Assembly (NCBI GenBank): GCA_963795085.1
Contig: CAWCFX010000002.1
Location: forward strand, 32,001-96,000
Source: an uncultured Gemmatimonadales bacterium
GTDB taxonomy: Bacteria > Gemmatimonadota > Gemmatimonadetes > Gemmatimonadales > GWC2-71-9
Direction: 5' to 3'
Length of the DNA: 64,000 nt
In this document: positions 49,482-60,864 of the stretch, one piece after another
Numbering within the stretch: position 1 is the first letter of the stretch
Layout of the letters: the number at the start of each line of letters is the position of its first letter
The notes under the pieces: generated by a model
Told to the model about the DNA's origin: nothing
Seen by the model: only the letters and a program-made list of their open reading frames with translations
Database searches by the model: none
Position numbers and translations under genes: made by a program

Positions 49482-49485
<4 letters not shown>
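48451..49485 (+). CDS. meaB: Cobalamin-mutase-associated GTPase chaperone MeaB/ArgK
   Basis: GPPGAGKST, AVDPTSPFTGGALLGDRIRM, ETVGVGQSE, NKSD. Confidence 0.93.
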
Positions 49486-51192
<1,707 letters not shown>

Positions 51193-51194
<2 letters not shown>

Positions 51195-51295
51195 TGCAGA
51201 GTGCAGAGTGCGGAGTGCGGAGTGCAGAGTGCAGAGTGCAGAGTGCAGAGTGCAGAGTGCAGAGTGCAGAGTGCAGGGTGCCGCGTGCCGCGTGC
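51193..51295 (+). repeat. 7-bp tandem repeat AGTGC(A/G)G x12 plus 3 degenerate units, starting inside the mutase stop codon
   Basis: Read directly. Confidence 0.95.
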
Positions 51296-51343
51296 TTCTT
51301 CCGGCATTTTCTTTCGATTATTCGTTTGTGAAGGTTTTGATCA

Positions 51344-52498
51344 ATGGCTGACCTTGATGTCTCCAAGAGACTGGCCCGGCTCGCCCGGGTGCGCGCCGGA
51401 AATCACCGCGTGGTGTCCTGCTACCTCAAGCTGGAGCCGAGGGACCGGAGCCGCGGCAAGTATCTCATCAAACTCAAGAACCGGGTCCGGACCGTCAGCG
51501 AGGCGCTGAACTACATTGACCTGCCCCGGGGCGGCCGCGAGGCCGTCCTGGCGGACCTCGCCCGGATCGAAGACCACCTGAAGAACCCGGGCAACCTCCC
51601 GTCCAGCCAGGCGGTCGCCGTCTTCGCCGCCGAGTCACTTGGGCTGTTCGAAAGCGTTCCGCTGCCCTGGGTCTACCGTTCGCGCCTGGTGGTGGACCGG
51701 ACCCCGCTGACCCGGGAGCTTGCCTCGATCGCCGACGAGTTCGGCCGCCTGCTGACCGTGGTGTATGACCGCGCCAGCGCCCGGATCTTCGAAGTCACCG
51801 CGTTCGAATGCCGGGAAGTGCTCGGCGTCCCCGCCATCTACACCCGTGGCAAACGCTACAAGGGCGAGAAGCAGGGGATGTTCGGGCCCAGCGAGCACGA
51901 TTACCATACCCGGATCCGGGAAGAAAAGAATCGGCATTTCGACCACATCGCGCAGCAGCTCTTCCAACTCAACCAGCGGGAGCCGTACCTGGGCCTCATC
52001 CTGGCCGGTACCGGCAGCGATGCCGGCGCGCTGGCGCCTTTTCTCCACAGCTACCTGGCCGACCGGGTGATGGGCGTCGCGAAGCTCAATCCCAAGAATG
52101 TGAGCGCCGCCGGGGTACGCGAAGCGTCGCTGGACGTGCGCCGCGAATGGGAGCGGCAGTCGGAGCGGGCTCTCATGGCGGAGCTGGAAGAGTCGCTGGG
52201 CAACCGCTGGGCGGTGAACGGTATGGCGCCCACGCTTCGGGCCCTCGCCCGGGGCCAGGTCCGCACCCTGCTGGTCAGCGCCGATGCCGCCCAGCCCGGG
52301 TTCCGCTGCAAGGATTCCGGGCGCCTCACGCTGGCTGAGCGGGATTGCCGCGATGAGGGCGGTGGCGAAGCGGTCCTCGACGTGGTGGACGACGCCATCG
52401 AAGAGGCCCTGCGCCAGCGGGTGAACGTCAACGTGGTTTACGACGAGGATGTCGTCGGCAAGATCGAAGGGCTGGCCGGCCTGCTGCGCTTCCGGTAG
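51344..52498 (+). CDS. Bacterial aeRF1-like (baeRF) release-factor superfamily protein
   Basis: VVSCYL N-domain, DRASARIF middle domain, AVNG..TL.AL..GQV..LLV...GLAGLLRF L7Ae-like C-domain; no GGQ. Confidence 0.75.
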   Translation: MADLDVSKRLARLARVRAGNHRVVSCYLKLEPRDRSRGKYLIKLKNRVRTVSEALNYIDLPRGGREAVLADLARIEDHLKNPGNLPSSQAVAVFAAESLGLFESVPLPWVYRSRLVVDRTPLTRELASIADEFGRLLTVVYDRASARIFEVTAFECREVLGVPAIYTRGKRYKGEKQGMFGPSEHDYHTRIREEKNRHFDHIAQQLFQLNQREPYLGLILAGTGSDAGALAPFLHSYLADRVMGVAKLNPKNVSAAGVREASLDVRREWERQSERALMAELEESLGNRWAVNGMAPTLRALARGQVRTLLVSADAAQPGFRCKDSGRLTLAERDCRDEGGGEAVLDVVDDAIEEALRQRVNVNVVYDEDVVGKIEGLAGLLRFR

Positions 52499-52542
52499 GC
52501 CGGTCCCGCCCCCGGCTGGCCACCTTTGATCTCGAGGGATGC

Positions 52543-52974
52543 ATGCACGCCACCAGGACCAGAAAACTCGCTCGCCCCATTCGTGTTCTCGTCGCCAAGC
52601 CGGGACTGGATGGCCACGATCGCGGCGCCAAGGTCGTGGCCGCTTCCCTGCGCGATGCCGGCATGGAGGTGGTATACACCGGACTGCACCAGACGCCCGA
52701 CATGATCGCCCGGGCGGCGGTCCAGGAGGACGTGGACGTGGTGGGACTCTCGATTCTCTCCGGGGCGCACATGACGCTCTTCCCCCGGGTCAAACAGCTG
52801 CTGGCCGACATGGGGCGGCCCGAGATTCTCGTCACCGGCGGCGGGATCATCCCCCAGGATGACATGGATGCGCTGGAAGCGCAGGGCATCGGCCGGCTCT
52901 TCGGGCCGGGTACTCCCACGACCGATCTCATTGAATACATCCGGGGCTGGGCCCAGGCCCACCTGGAAACCTGA
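52543..52974 (+). CDS. Cobalamin-binding small subunit of the mutase (IcmB-like)
   Basis: [29 protein letters not shown]. Confidence 0.93.
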   Translation: MHATRTRKLARPIRVLVAKPGLDGHDRGAKVVAASLRDAGMEVVYTGLHQTPDMIARAAVQEDVDVVGLSILSGAHMTLFPRVKQLLADMGRPEILVTGGGIIPQDDMDALEAQGIGRLFGPGTPTTDLIEYIRGWAQAHLET

Positions 52975-52977
52975 GCC

Positions 52978-54615
52978 GTGCCGGTCCCCGCCTCGTCCGC
53001 CCGGCCCAGCCGGCTCCGGACGCTCACCGACGAATATCAGCGGCTCGCGGCCACCCTGCGCCAGGGCGGCGGGGCCAAACGCATCGCGAAGATGCACGAG
53101 CAGGGCCGGCTTTCTCCCCGGGAACGGGTGGAGCAGCTGGTGGATCCCGGCACGCCCTGGCTGGAGTTGGGGCTCCTGGTCGCCTATGACCAGTACGATG
53201 GCCAGGCCCCCGGCGCCGGCGTCATCACCGGACTCGGCGTGGTGGAAGGCCGCGAAGTCGTCATCGTAGCCAACGATTCCACGGTCAAGGCCGGGTCGTG
53301 GTGGCCGGAAACGATCAAGAAAATGCTGCGCGCCCAGGAAGTCGCGATGCGGCAGCGGATCCCGATCATCTACCTGGTGGACAGCGCCGGCGTCAATCTG
53401 CCCTACCAGGGCGGCGTCTTCCCCGGCCAGTACGGCGCGGCCCGCCTCTTCTATTACAACTCCATCATGCGGCGGTACCTGCACGTGCCGCAGATCAGCG
53501 CCGTCATGGGGAGCTGCATCGCGGGCGGGGCGTACCTCCCGGCGCTTTCCGACGTGATCTTCATGGTGGACGGCACCAGCTTCATGGGGCTCGGCGGACC
53601 CAACCTGGTCAAGGGCGCGACCGGCCAGACGGTGGACGCCGAGTCGCTGGGCGGCGCCCGCACCCACACCTCGGTCAGCGCGGTGGCGCACTACCGCGCG
53701 GCCACCGACGTGGAGTGCCTGCGCCGGATCCGGGAATACCTGGCCCGGCTCCCCCGGCGGGACGGCGTCCGGCACCGGGTCGATGCCGGGGCGCCGCCCA
53801 GCCGGCCGGTGGAAGAACTGTATGACCTGCTCCCCCAGGACCACCGCATGTCCTACGACATGCACAAGGTGCTGGCCTGCGTGCTGGACGGCGGGCGGCT
53901 CGACGAGTTCCAGCCCGAAGCCGCGGGCGAGATGTTGTGCGGCCATGCCCGCATCGAAGGCCACCCCGTCGCCGTGCTGGCCAACCAGCGGGGGCTGGTC
54001 AAGGGGCAGCCCGGGGTGCCGCCCCGGACCGGTGGGATCATCTACACCGAGAGCGCCGAGAAGGCGGCCTACTTCATCGAGAACGCGAGCCGGGAACGGC
54101 TCCCGATCCTGTTCGTCCAGGACGTCAGCGGCTTCATGGTGGGGCCGGAGGCCGAGCATTCGGGGATTATCCGGGCGGGGGCCCAGTTCGTCGAGGCCAT
54201 GGCCACCGCGCTGGTCCCCAAGATCGTGCTCACCGTGAACCACGCATCCGGGGCCGGCTACTACGCGATGGCGGGGCAGGGGTTTGATCCCGATTTCATC
54301 CTCAGCTGGCCAACCGGGCGCATGGCGGTCATGGAAGGCGAATCGGCGGTAGGCGCCGTGCACGGCCCCGAAATGGACAAGGCCCGCCGGTCGAAGGCCG
54401 ACCTTCCGCCCGACGTCCAGGCCTCGGTCGAGGCCATGCGGGCCGACTACGAGCACCAGCTGGATGCCCGGTACGCCGCAGCCCGCGGGTTCGCCGATGC
54501 GATCATTGCGCCGGAAGAAACCCGGGACCAGATCGCGTTCCTCCTGCGGGTGACGGCAAACTACGCCGGCCCCCACGTGGGTGCCTTCATCCTGCCCGAA
54601 GGTCTCGGGCGTTGA
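52978..54615 (+). CDS. Acyl-CoA carboxylase carboxyltransferase (beta) subunit, methylcrotonyl-CoA carboxylase-like
   Basis: RERVEQL, ANDSTVKAG, VDSAG, AGGAY, GPNLVK, GAGYYAM. Confidence 0.9.
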   Translation: MPVPASSARPSRLRTLTDEYQRLAATLRQGGGAKRIAKMHEQGRLSPRERVEQLVDPGTPWLELGLLVAYDQYDGQAPGAGVITGLGVVEGREVVIVANDSTVKAGSWWPETIKKMLRAQEVAMRQRIPIIYLVDSAGVNLPYQGGVFPGQYGAARLFYYNSIMRRYLHVPQISAVMGSCIAGGAYLPALSDVIFMVDGTSFMGLGGPNLVKGATGQTVDAESLGGARTHTSVSAVAHYRAATDVECLRRIREYLARLPRRDGVRHRVDAGAPPSRPVEELYDLLPQDHRMSYDMHKVLACVLDGGRLDEFQPEAAGEMLCGHARIEGHPVAVLANQRGLVKGQPGVPPRTGGIIYTESAEKAAYFIENASRERLPILFVQDVSGFMVGPEAEHSGIIRAGAQFVEAMATALVPKIVLTVNHASGAGYYAMAGQGFDPDFILSWPTGRMAVMEGESAVGAVHGPEMDKARRSKADLPPDVQASVEAMRADYEHQLDARYAAARGFADAIIAPEETRDQIAFLLRVTANYAGPHVGAFILPEGLGR

Positions 54616-57398
54616 TTCCCCGGTCTTTTCCCGCCCGCGCTCTCGCCGCGGTACTGGTCCTGGCCGGCTGCGCCTCGGCCCGGTCCGCCATGGAGCCCGG
54701 CCGGGCCGACCCGGCCTCGCCAGTGCGGGATCCGGGCCCCCCGCCGGCGGAGCGGTGGTTTTCCCAGGAACCGGCCCAGGCCTTCCAGTTGCAGAAGATG
54801 CCGCTCTACACCACCGGCGTTCCCCGGTTTCTTCGTGACAACCCGGAGTCGGACGGCCGCGGAGTACTGATCGGCATCCTCGACAGCGGCATTGACGCGG
54901 GCATCCCGGGTCTCGCGCTCACCAGTACCGGCGACCGCAAGATTCTCGACCTGCGGGATTTTTCCGGCGAGGGACTGATCACCCTGGCCCCCGTCAATCC
55001 GCGGCACGATACCGTCCTGGTGGGCGGCGTTGCGCTGGGCGGCTTTGGGCGGGTCATCCTGTTCAACGCGGCGGGGCCCTGGTATGGTGGGGTGATCGCG
55101 GAGATCGCGCTGGGCTCGGGGCCGGCCGCCGACCTCGATGGCAACGGGTCGGCCGGTGACACGCTTGCGGTAATCGTCACCCGGGCCAGTGACGGCTGGA
55201 TCCTGCTTGCCGATACCGACCGCGATGGGTCCCTGGCCGGCGAGAAACCGATGCGGGACTACCTGGTGGGCCGCGACGTGTTCACCTGGTCACGGACGGG
55301 TAAGCAGGGCCAGGTGTCGGTGGCGGCCAACCTGTCCGACTCGGGCGGGCGTCCCGTCCTCTCGCTCTTCTTCGACACCAGCGGTCACGGTTCTCACGTC
55401 GCGGGCATTGCGGCGGGGTGCAACCTGTATGACGTGCCCGGCTTCCACGGGGTGGCCCCCGGCGCCCAACTCCTCGGCCTCAAGATCGCGAACAACGCGC
55501 AGGGCGGAATCTCTACCACCGGCAGCATGGTTCGCGCTATCGAGTACGCGATCCGGTTCGCCGCCCGCCGGCGAATGCCGCTGGTGCTCAACATGAGTTT
55601 CGCCGTGGGGAACGAAGTCGAAGGCCAGGCCCGTATTGATCACCTGGTCGATTCCATTCTTGGCGCGCATCCCGAGCTGGTCCTGGTCCTGAGCGCCGGG
55701 AACGACGGACCCGGCCTTTCCACGCTGGGCTTCCCCGCCAGCGCGCAGCGGGCCCTGACGGTGGGGGCGGTCCTTCCCGGCGATCCGGATGAACCGGCCG
55801 CGAGCCGGCGGGAGCCGGTCGCCTACTATAGTGGCCGCGGGGGAGAAGTGGCGAAGCCGGAGGTCGTCGCTCCCGGGACCGCCTACTCGACCGTGCCGCT
55901 TTGGGACCGGGGGGAGGAGGTAAAGAGCGGCACCAGCATGGCGGCGCCCCACGTCGCCGGACTGGTCGCCCTGCTCACCTCGGCTCAGCTGGCCGATGCC
56001 CGCCCCCGGCCGTCGGCTCGGCTGATCCGTCATGCGCTGATGGTGACGGCGCGCCCCATCCCCGACGCCTCCTTCGCGGACCAGGGGACTGGAATTCCCG
56101 ATGTCGGGGCGGCCTGGCGCTGGCTCCGAGGCGGGTACGCCGATGCCGAGGTTGACGTGCGGGCCGAGTCGGGAGTCACCGCGTCCTTTCGTCCCGCCTT
56201 TACGGACTCGGCGCAACGATTCACGCTCACTCGGCCGGCCGGGCTTCCGCCGGCCACCTTCACCCTGCGGAGCAATGTCGAGTGGATCGTGCCTCCGGGC
56301 TCGGTCACCATTTCCGATACCGCCGCGATCGTCACGCTTCGGCTCCGCCCCGGCCCGGGGTCGCCGGAGACGCACAGCGGGGTGGTGACCGGGTGGCCCG
56401 CGGATACGATGGCGGGGCCGGCATTCCGGCTGGTGACGATCCGCGGGCACGCCGTCACCTCGGTAGGCGGGATCCGGGAACCGGTTGCCATCCCTATCGC
56501 CGCGGGTGACGAGCGCCGCCTCTTCATCATCGCCGACTCAGGCCGGCCGTTCGTCGCGCGGGCGCGGATCGGCAGCCGGCAGCCGTTGCTGGTGTTTCTG
56601 CACGAGCCGAACGGAATGCCGCTTCGGGGGGCCGAGCCCCAGATCGCCGGGGCCGGCGATGAGGAAGTCTCCTTCCAGGTGGATGGCCGCGATGCGGTGC
56701 CCGGCGCCTATGAACTGGTCGCGGTCGCGCCGCCCACCGAACCCAGCTCGGCCCGGTTCGAAGTTGCCGCCGCGCCCTTCGCCTTCGATGCCCGGCGGGA
56801 GGCCGCCGGCGTCGTCGCCCGGGTGAAGCCGGCCGCCGGCCACCACGTCCGCCTCGGCCTGGTGGGCGGTGAACGGGTGGTCCATGTGGCGGCCCGGGGC
56901 AGTGACACCGTGACGGTGTCCTTCGTGGTGCCGGAGTGGGCCACCAGCCTGGCGGCCGACCTGGCGATGGCGCGCGACCAGTGGAGCCGGTTTACCGATT
57001 TCGGGTTCAGCCTCTTCGATTCCACCGGTGCCATCCTCGAAACCGCCCCGCTCAACTACGCCTTCGGCCGAATGGAGGCCGATTTCGACGCCGGGCAGCC
57101 GGCGCGGCGGATGTCGCTGCGGCTGTTCGCGGCGCTCGCGGAACCGGGAAGCGAGGAGTCGTGGCTGGCTACCCTGTCCATTCGGCTCTACGCCGGCCGG
57201 CCCGTGCGGCTCGCGGCCGCCCCTGCCGGGTCGTCGGCCCCCGGGGACGAAGAACTGACCGTGTTTCCCTTCCCGCCATTCCCCTGGACGCTGGGCGAGG
57301 AGTTCGTGCCCCTGGGTGTTCTTGAAATCGACCAGAAAGGCGCTACCTGGTCCCGGGAAATTCCCTTCCCCGAACCCGTAGCCCCGCTGATGCGATGA
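54612..57398 (+). CDS. S8 subtilase, tripeptidyl-peptidase II-like, probable lipoprotein
   Basis: DGRGVLIGILDSGID, HGSHVAGIA, SAGNDGP, GTSMAAP; LAGC lipobox. Confidence 0.88.
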   Translation: MIPRSFPARALAAVLVLAGCASARSAMEPGRADPASPVRDPGPPPAERWFSQEPAQAFQLQKMPLYTTGVPRFLRDNPESDGRGVLIGILDSGIDAGIPGLALTSTGDRKILDLRDFSGEGLITLAPVNPRHDTVLVGGVALGGFGRVILFNAAGPWYGGVIAEIALGSGPAADLDGNGSAGDTLAVIVTRASDGWILLADTDRDGSLAGEKPMRDYLVGRDVFTWSRTGKQGQVSVAANLSDSGGRPVLSLFFDTSGHGSHVAGIAAGCNLYDVPGFHGVAPGAQLLGLKIANNAQGGISTTGSMVRAIEYAIRFAARRRMPLVLNMSFAVGNEVEGQARIDHLVDSILGAHPELVLVLSAGNDGPGLSTLGFPASAQRALTVGAVLPGDPDEPAASRREPVAYYSGRGGEVAKPEVVAPGTAYSTVPLWDRGEEVKSGTSMAAPHVAGLVALLTSAQLADARPRPSARLIRHALMVTARPIPDASFADQGTGIPDVGAAWRWLRGGYADAEVDVRAESGVTASFRPAFTDSAQRFTLTRPAGLPPATFTLRSNVEWIVPPGSVTISDTAAIVTLRLRPGPGSPETHSGVVTGWPADTMAGPAFRLVTIRGHAVTSVGGIREPVAIPIAAGDERRLFIIADSGRPFVARARIGSRQPLLVFLHEPNGMPLRGAEPQIAGAGDEEVSFQVDGRDAVPGAYELVAVAPPTEPSSARFEVAAAPFAFDARREAAGVVARVKPAAGHHVRLGLVGGERVVHVAARGSDTVTVSFVVPEWATSLAADLAMARDQWSRFTDFGFSLFDSTGAILETAPLNYAFGRMEADFDAGQPARRMSLRLFAALAEPGSEESWLATLSIRLYAGRPVRLAAAPAGSSAPGDEELTVFPFPPFPWTLGEEFVPLGVLEIDQKGATWSREIPFPEPVAPLMR

Positions 57399-58765
57399 AG
57401 CGTCCGGTCCGGATCGCGGCGGGTCAGGGGTTCTGGGGCGACTGGCTGGAGGCGCCGGTCCGCCAGCTGGAGGGCGGACCCATCGACTACCTGGTCCTCG
57501 ATTACGTCGCGGAAGTCACCATGTCCATCATGCAGAAACAGCGGGCCCGGGATCCCTCCCAGGGATACGCCCGCGATTTCGTGGCGCTGATGGACCGGGT
57601 GCTGCCCGATCTGGTCAAAAAGAAGGTCCGGGTCATCTCCAACGCGGGCGGCGTCAACCCGGTGGCCTGCGCCGAGGCGGTCGTCCAGTCCGCCCGAAAG
57701 CAGGGACTGGCGGGCCGGCTCAAGGTCGGCCTGGTGACCGGTGACGATATCATGGGCCGGCTGGATGAGCTGATAGCCCGGGGGCATTCCTTCACCAACC
57801 TGGACACCGGCGAACCGCTCAGCGGCATTCGCGCCCAGGTGCAGGCCGCGAATGTCTATCTCGGCATGGCTCCTGTGGTCCAGGCGCTGGACCGGGGAGC
57901 TGATATCGTGGTGAGCGGGAGGCTGGCCGACCCGGTACTGGCGCTCGGGCCGCTGTTCCATGAGTTCGACTGGGCGGCGGATGACTGGGACAAGGTTGCC
58001 AGCGGCATCGTGGCGGGGCACATCATCGAATGCGGCGCCCAGAGCTCGGGGGGCAACCTGCTGCGCGACTGGCGCAAGGTGCGGAACCTCGCCGACATCG
58101 GTTTCCCCATCGTGGAAGTGGCGGAGGACGCCAGCTTCGTGGTGACCAAGCACCCGGGCACCGGCGGCGTGGTCAACATCGCCAGCGTCACCGAACAGCT
58201 GGTGTACGAGATCGGCGATCCCCGGCGCTACGTCAACGCCGACGGGGTGGCGGACTTCACCTCGATTCGCCTGGCGCAGCGGGGCAGGGACCGGGTCCAG
58301 GTGAGCGGGGTCAGAGGCAAACCCAGGACCGCGCAGTACAAGGTTTCGCTGGCCTATTTCTACGGCTACAAGGCGGTCGGTACGCTGGTCTACAGTTGGC
58401 CCGAAGCCTACGACAAGGCCCGCGCTGCCGACCGGATCATTCGGGAACGGCTGGACGCCCTGGGGCTCGAGTTCGAGAAGATCCATACCGAGTACGTCGG
58501 GTACGACTCGACCCATGGGCGGCTGGCCGGCCCCCCGGATCCCGACATGCCCGAGGTGCAGCTCCGGATCGGAGTGCGGGCCCGCGACCGGGCGCCGGTG
58601 GAACGTTTTACCCGGGAGATCGCTCCCCTGGTCCTGACCGGCCCGCCTTCCGTTACCGGGTACGGCTACAAGCCGGACGTCAAGGAGATCGTCGCCTTCT
58701 GGCCCGCCCTGCTGGACCGGGCCGAGGTGGACCCGATGGTGAAGGTGGAGATTCTCGAGGCATGA
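57395..58765 (+). CDS. AtuA / DUF1446 family protein
   Basis: GFWGD, LDYVAE.TM, NAGG.NP, ANVYLG, GR.AD, GHIIECG, EQLVYEI. Confidence 0.9.
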   Translation: MKRPVRIAAGQGFWGDWLEAPVRQLEGGPIDYLVLDYVAEVTMSIMQKQRARDPSQGYARDFVALMDRVLPDLVKKKVRVISNAGGVNPVACAEAVVQSARKQGLAGRLKVGLVTGDDIMGRLDELIARGHSFTNLDTGEPLSGIRAQVQAANVYLGMAPVVQALDRGADIVVSGRLADPVLALGPLFHEFDWAADDWDKVASGIVAGHIIECGAQSSGGNLLRDWRKVRNLADIGFPIVEVAEDASFVVTKHPGTGGVVNIASVTEQLVYEIGDPRRYVNADGVADFTSIRLAQRGRDRVQVSGVRGKPRTAQYKVSLAYFYGYKAVGTLVYSWPEAYDKARAADRIIRERLDALGLEFEKIHTEYVGYDSTHGRLAGPPDPDMPEVQLRIGVRARDRAPVERFTREIAPLVLTGPPSVTGYGYKPDVKEIVAFWPALLDRAEVDPMVKVEILEA

Positions 58766-58775
58766 TGACTTCCTG

Positions 58776-59171
58776 ATGCCGAAATCGAAACCCCGGCCCG
58801 CGCCGAAGCCCAAGCGCACGGTACTCTGCCAGCTGCGCCAGCTGGCGCACGCGCGCTCCGGCGACAAGGGAGACACGGCCAACATCGGCGTGATCGCGCT
58901 GCATCCGGAACTCTATCCGGTCCTGGTCCGCGAGTTGACGGTGGCCCGGGTGGCCCGCCATTTCCGGGGCATGGCCGGCCGGGTCGAGCGATTCGAACTG
59001 CCCAACCTGAACGCGCTCAATTTCCTGCTCCACGAGGCGCTGGATGGCGGGGGCACGCTCTCGCTCCGGACCGATGCCCAGGGGAAAGTGTACTCCACGG
59101 CCATTCTCCGGATGGAACTTCGGATTCCCGCGGACCTGGCCCGCAAGCTCAAACTGAAACTGGACCGCTGA
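58776..59171 (+). CDS. AtuA C-terminal-like small protein
   Basis: ARSGDKGD.ANIG, VERFELPNL.ALNF, SLRTDAQGK. Confidence 0.88.
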   Translation: MPKSKPRPAPKPKRTVLCQLRQLAHARSGDKGDTANIGVIALHPELYPVLVRELTVARVARHFRGMAGRVERFELPNLNALNFLLHEALDGGGTLSLRTDAQGKVYSTAILRMELRIPADLARKLKLKLDR

Positions 59172-59174
59172 CCG

Positions 59175-59927
59175 ATGCTGCAGACCGAACTCTCCGGGGG
59201 AGTGCTCACCCTGACGCTCAACCGTCCCGAAAAGCGGAATGCGCTGGCGGCCGAGATGCTGGGCGCCCTCACCGCGGCCCTGGACCGGGCCGATCTGGAT
59301 GCCGATGTCCGGGTCGTCGCCATCCGGGGCGCCGGCAAGGATTTCTGCGCCGGCGCCGACCTGGCCGAACTGCTGGCGTCGGCGGACCAGGGGGTGGAGG
59401 CGAACGAGAAGGCCGCGCTGGAACTGGGCAACGTGTTTCTCCGGATCCGGGGCATCGCCAAACCGGTTGTCGCCGTCATCCACGGCCGGGCGCTGGCCGG
59501 CGGGGCCGGGCTGGCCACCGCCTGTGATATCGCGGTGGCCCGGGAAAGCGCCCGGATCGGGTATCCCGAAATCCTGCGGGGCTTCGTGCCGGCGATGGTG
59601 ATGACCATGCTGCGCCGGGCGGTGGGCGAGAAGCTGGCATTCGACCTGGCCGCGACCGGCAGGGTACTGACCGCGGGCGAGGCGGCGGCGGTGGGCCTCA
59701 TCTCCCGCGCGCTTCCCGATGCCGATTTCGAGGCAGAGGTCGCCGAGCTCCTCCGCCGGCTGGCCGATGCCGGGCCTTCGGCCATCGCGCTGACCAAGAA
59801 ACAGTTCTACCAGCTGGATGGCCTGGGGTTCGCGGAGGGCATCGCGCTGGGCGCCCGGGTCAACGCCCTGTCCCGGGCGACCCCGGAGTTCCGCACCGCG
59901 ATCGGCGCGTTCCTGACGAAGGAGTGA
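59175..59927 (+). CDS. Enoyl-CoA hydratase/isomerase (crotonase) family protein
   Basis: LNRPEKRNAL, FCAGADL, AGGAGL, YPE...GF.PA. Confidence 0.92.
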   Translation: MLQTELSGGVLTLTLNRPEKRNALAAEMLGALTAALDRADLDADVRVVAIRGAGKDFCAGADLAELLASADQGVEANEKAALELGNVFLRIRGIAKPVVAVIHGRALAGGAGLATACDIAVARESARIGYPEILRGFVPAMVMTMLRRAVGEKLAFDLAATGRVLTAGEAAAVGLISRALPDADFEAEVAELLRRLADAGPSAIALTKKQFYQLDGLGFAEGIALGARVNALSRATPEFRTAIGAFLTKE

Positions 59928-60085
59928 TGTTTCTCTCCCGGCTGCGACTGGTGCTGGGCCTCGGCGGGATGGCGTTTCTGCTGGCCGGGATCGCCCGTGG
60001 AAACCGGCTGATCGTGTGGGGCGCGATCGGACTGCTGGGCGGCTCCTTCCTGGTCCGGCTCTATCTGCGGAAGCGGGAAGGGTGA
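59927..60085 (+). CDS. Small 2-TM hypothetical protein (52 aa, below the ORF-track cutoff)
   Basis: TGATG coupling to the crotonase stop; MFLSRLRLVLGLGGMAFLLAG...IVWGAIGLLGGSFLVRLYLRKREG. Confidence 0.6.
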   Translation: MFLSRLRLVLGLGGMAFLLAGIARGNRLIVWGAIGLLGGSFLVRLYLRKREG

Positions 60086-60096
60086 GGTCCCCCAAA

Positions 60097-60224
60097 TTCT
60101 CTCAATTCCCTCAATTCCCACATTCCCTCAATTCCCACATTCCCTCAATTCCCACATTCCCTCAATTCCCACATTCCCTCAATTCCCACATTCCCTCAAT
60201 TCCCACATTCCCTCAATTCCCACA
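60097..60224 (-). repeat. 17-bp tandem repeat TTCCCTCAATTCCCACA x7 perfect (60106-60224) plus one 9-bp variant
   Basis: Read directly; contains the NTF2 gene stop. Confidence 0.95.
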
Positions 60225-60686
60225 CTCCGCCGCTGGCCTCCTGGTGTCCGCCAGCGCGATGATCTTCCATCCGCCGGAATCCCGCGCCAGCAGAATGGCG
60301 TCCACGCCACAATGGCTGAATCGCTCACCGATATAGAATCGATAGTCCGTCCAGACTGAGGCCAGGTTGTCGGAGATACTCACGGTGGTGTTTTGAAGCC
60401 GTTCGTCCAGGAGCTGGCCGGGCGCGGCGGTGCTGATCATGCCGATGAACGCCTCGACGGGCGTGGCCTCGACCGCCGGAGTGCCATTCCGGTTCCCGGT
60501 GCTGATCAGCCGCGCCCCTTCCGCGAAGATGGAACGAAATGCGGCGGTATCCCTCGCCCGCATGGCGTCGAACATCCGGGTGATGACGGCCCGGACCGCT
60601 GTGTCGTCCGCGGGCGGAGTGGCCTGCTGCGCGTGGGCCGGAACGGACAGCACCGCCAGCATGGCGATCGACGGCAGGACTTTCAT
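60213..60686 (-). CDS. Secreted NTF2/SnoaL-like family protein
   Basis: Signal peptide (PAHA); A.VW.DY.F....FSHCGVD...L......WKI. Confidence 0.82.
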   Translation of the reverse strand: MKVLPSIAMLAVLSVPAHAQQATPPADDTAVRAVITRMFDAMRARDTAAFRSIFAEGARLISTGNRNGTPAVEATPVEAFIGMISTAAPGQLLDERLQNTTVSISDNLASVWTDYRFYIGERFSHCGVDAILLARDSGGWKIIALADTRRPAAECGN

Positions 60687-60864
60687 GGGGACTCCCGTGG
60701 TGAGGTGGCGGACCTTCCTACGCCGTGAACTGATCCAGGTTTCAGGTGAATATATCCCGCTGGAGACCCGCCCGTGATGGGGCGCACCTCTCTATTCGCC
60801 CCCCGGGTTAATCTTGGGGGAGGGATCCGTAACCCGCCGTCAGAAATTCCAGCCCGGAGTCGCC

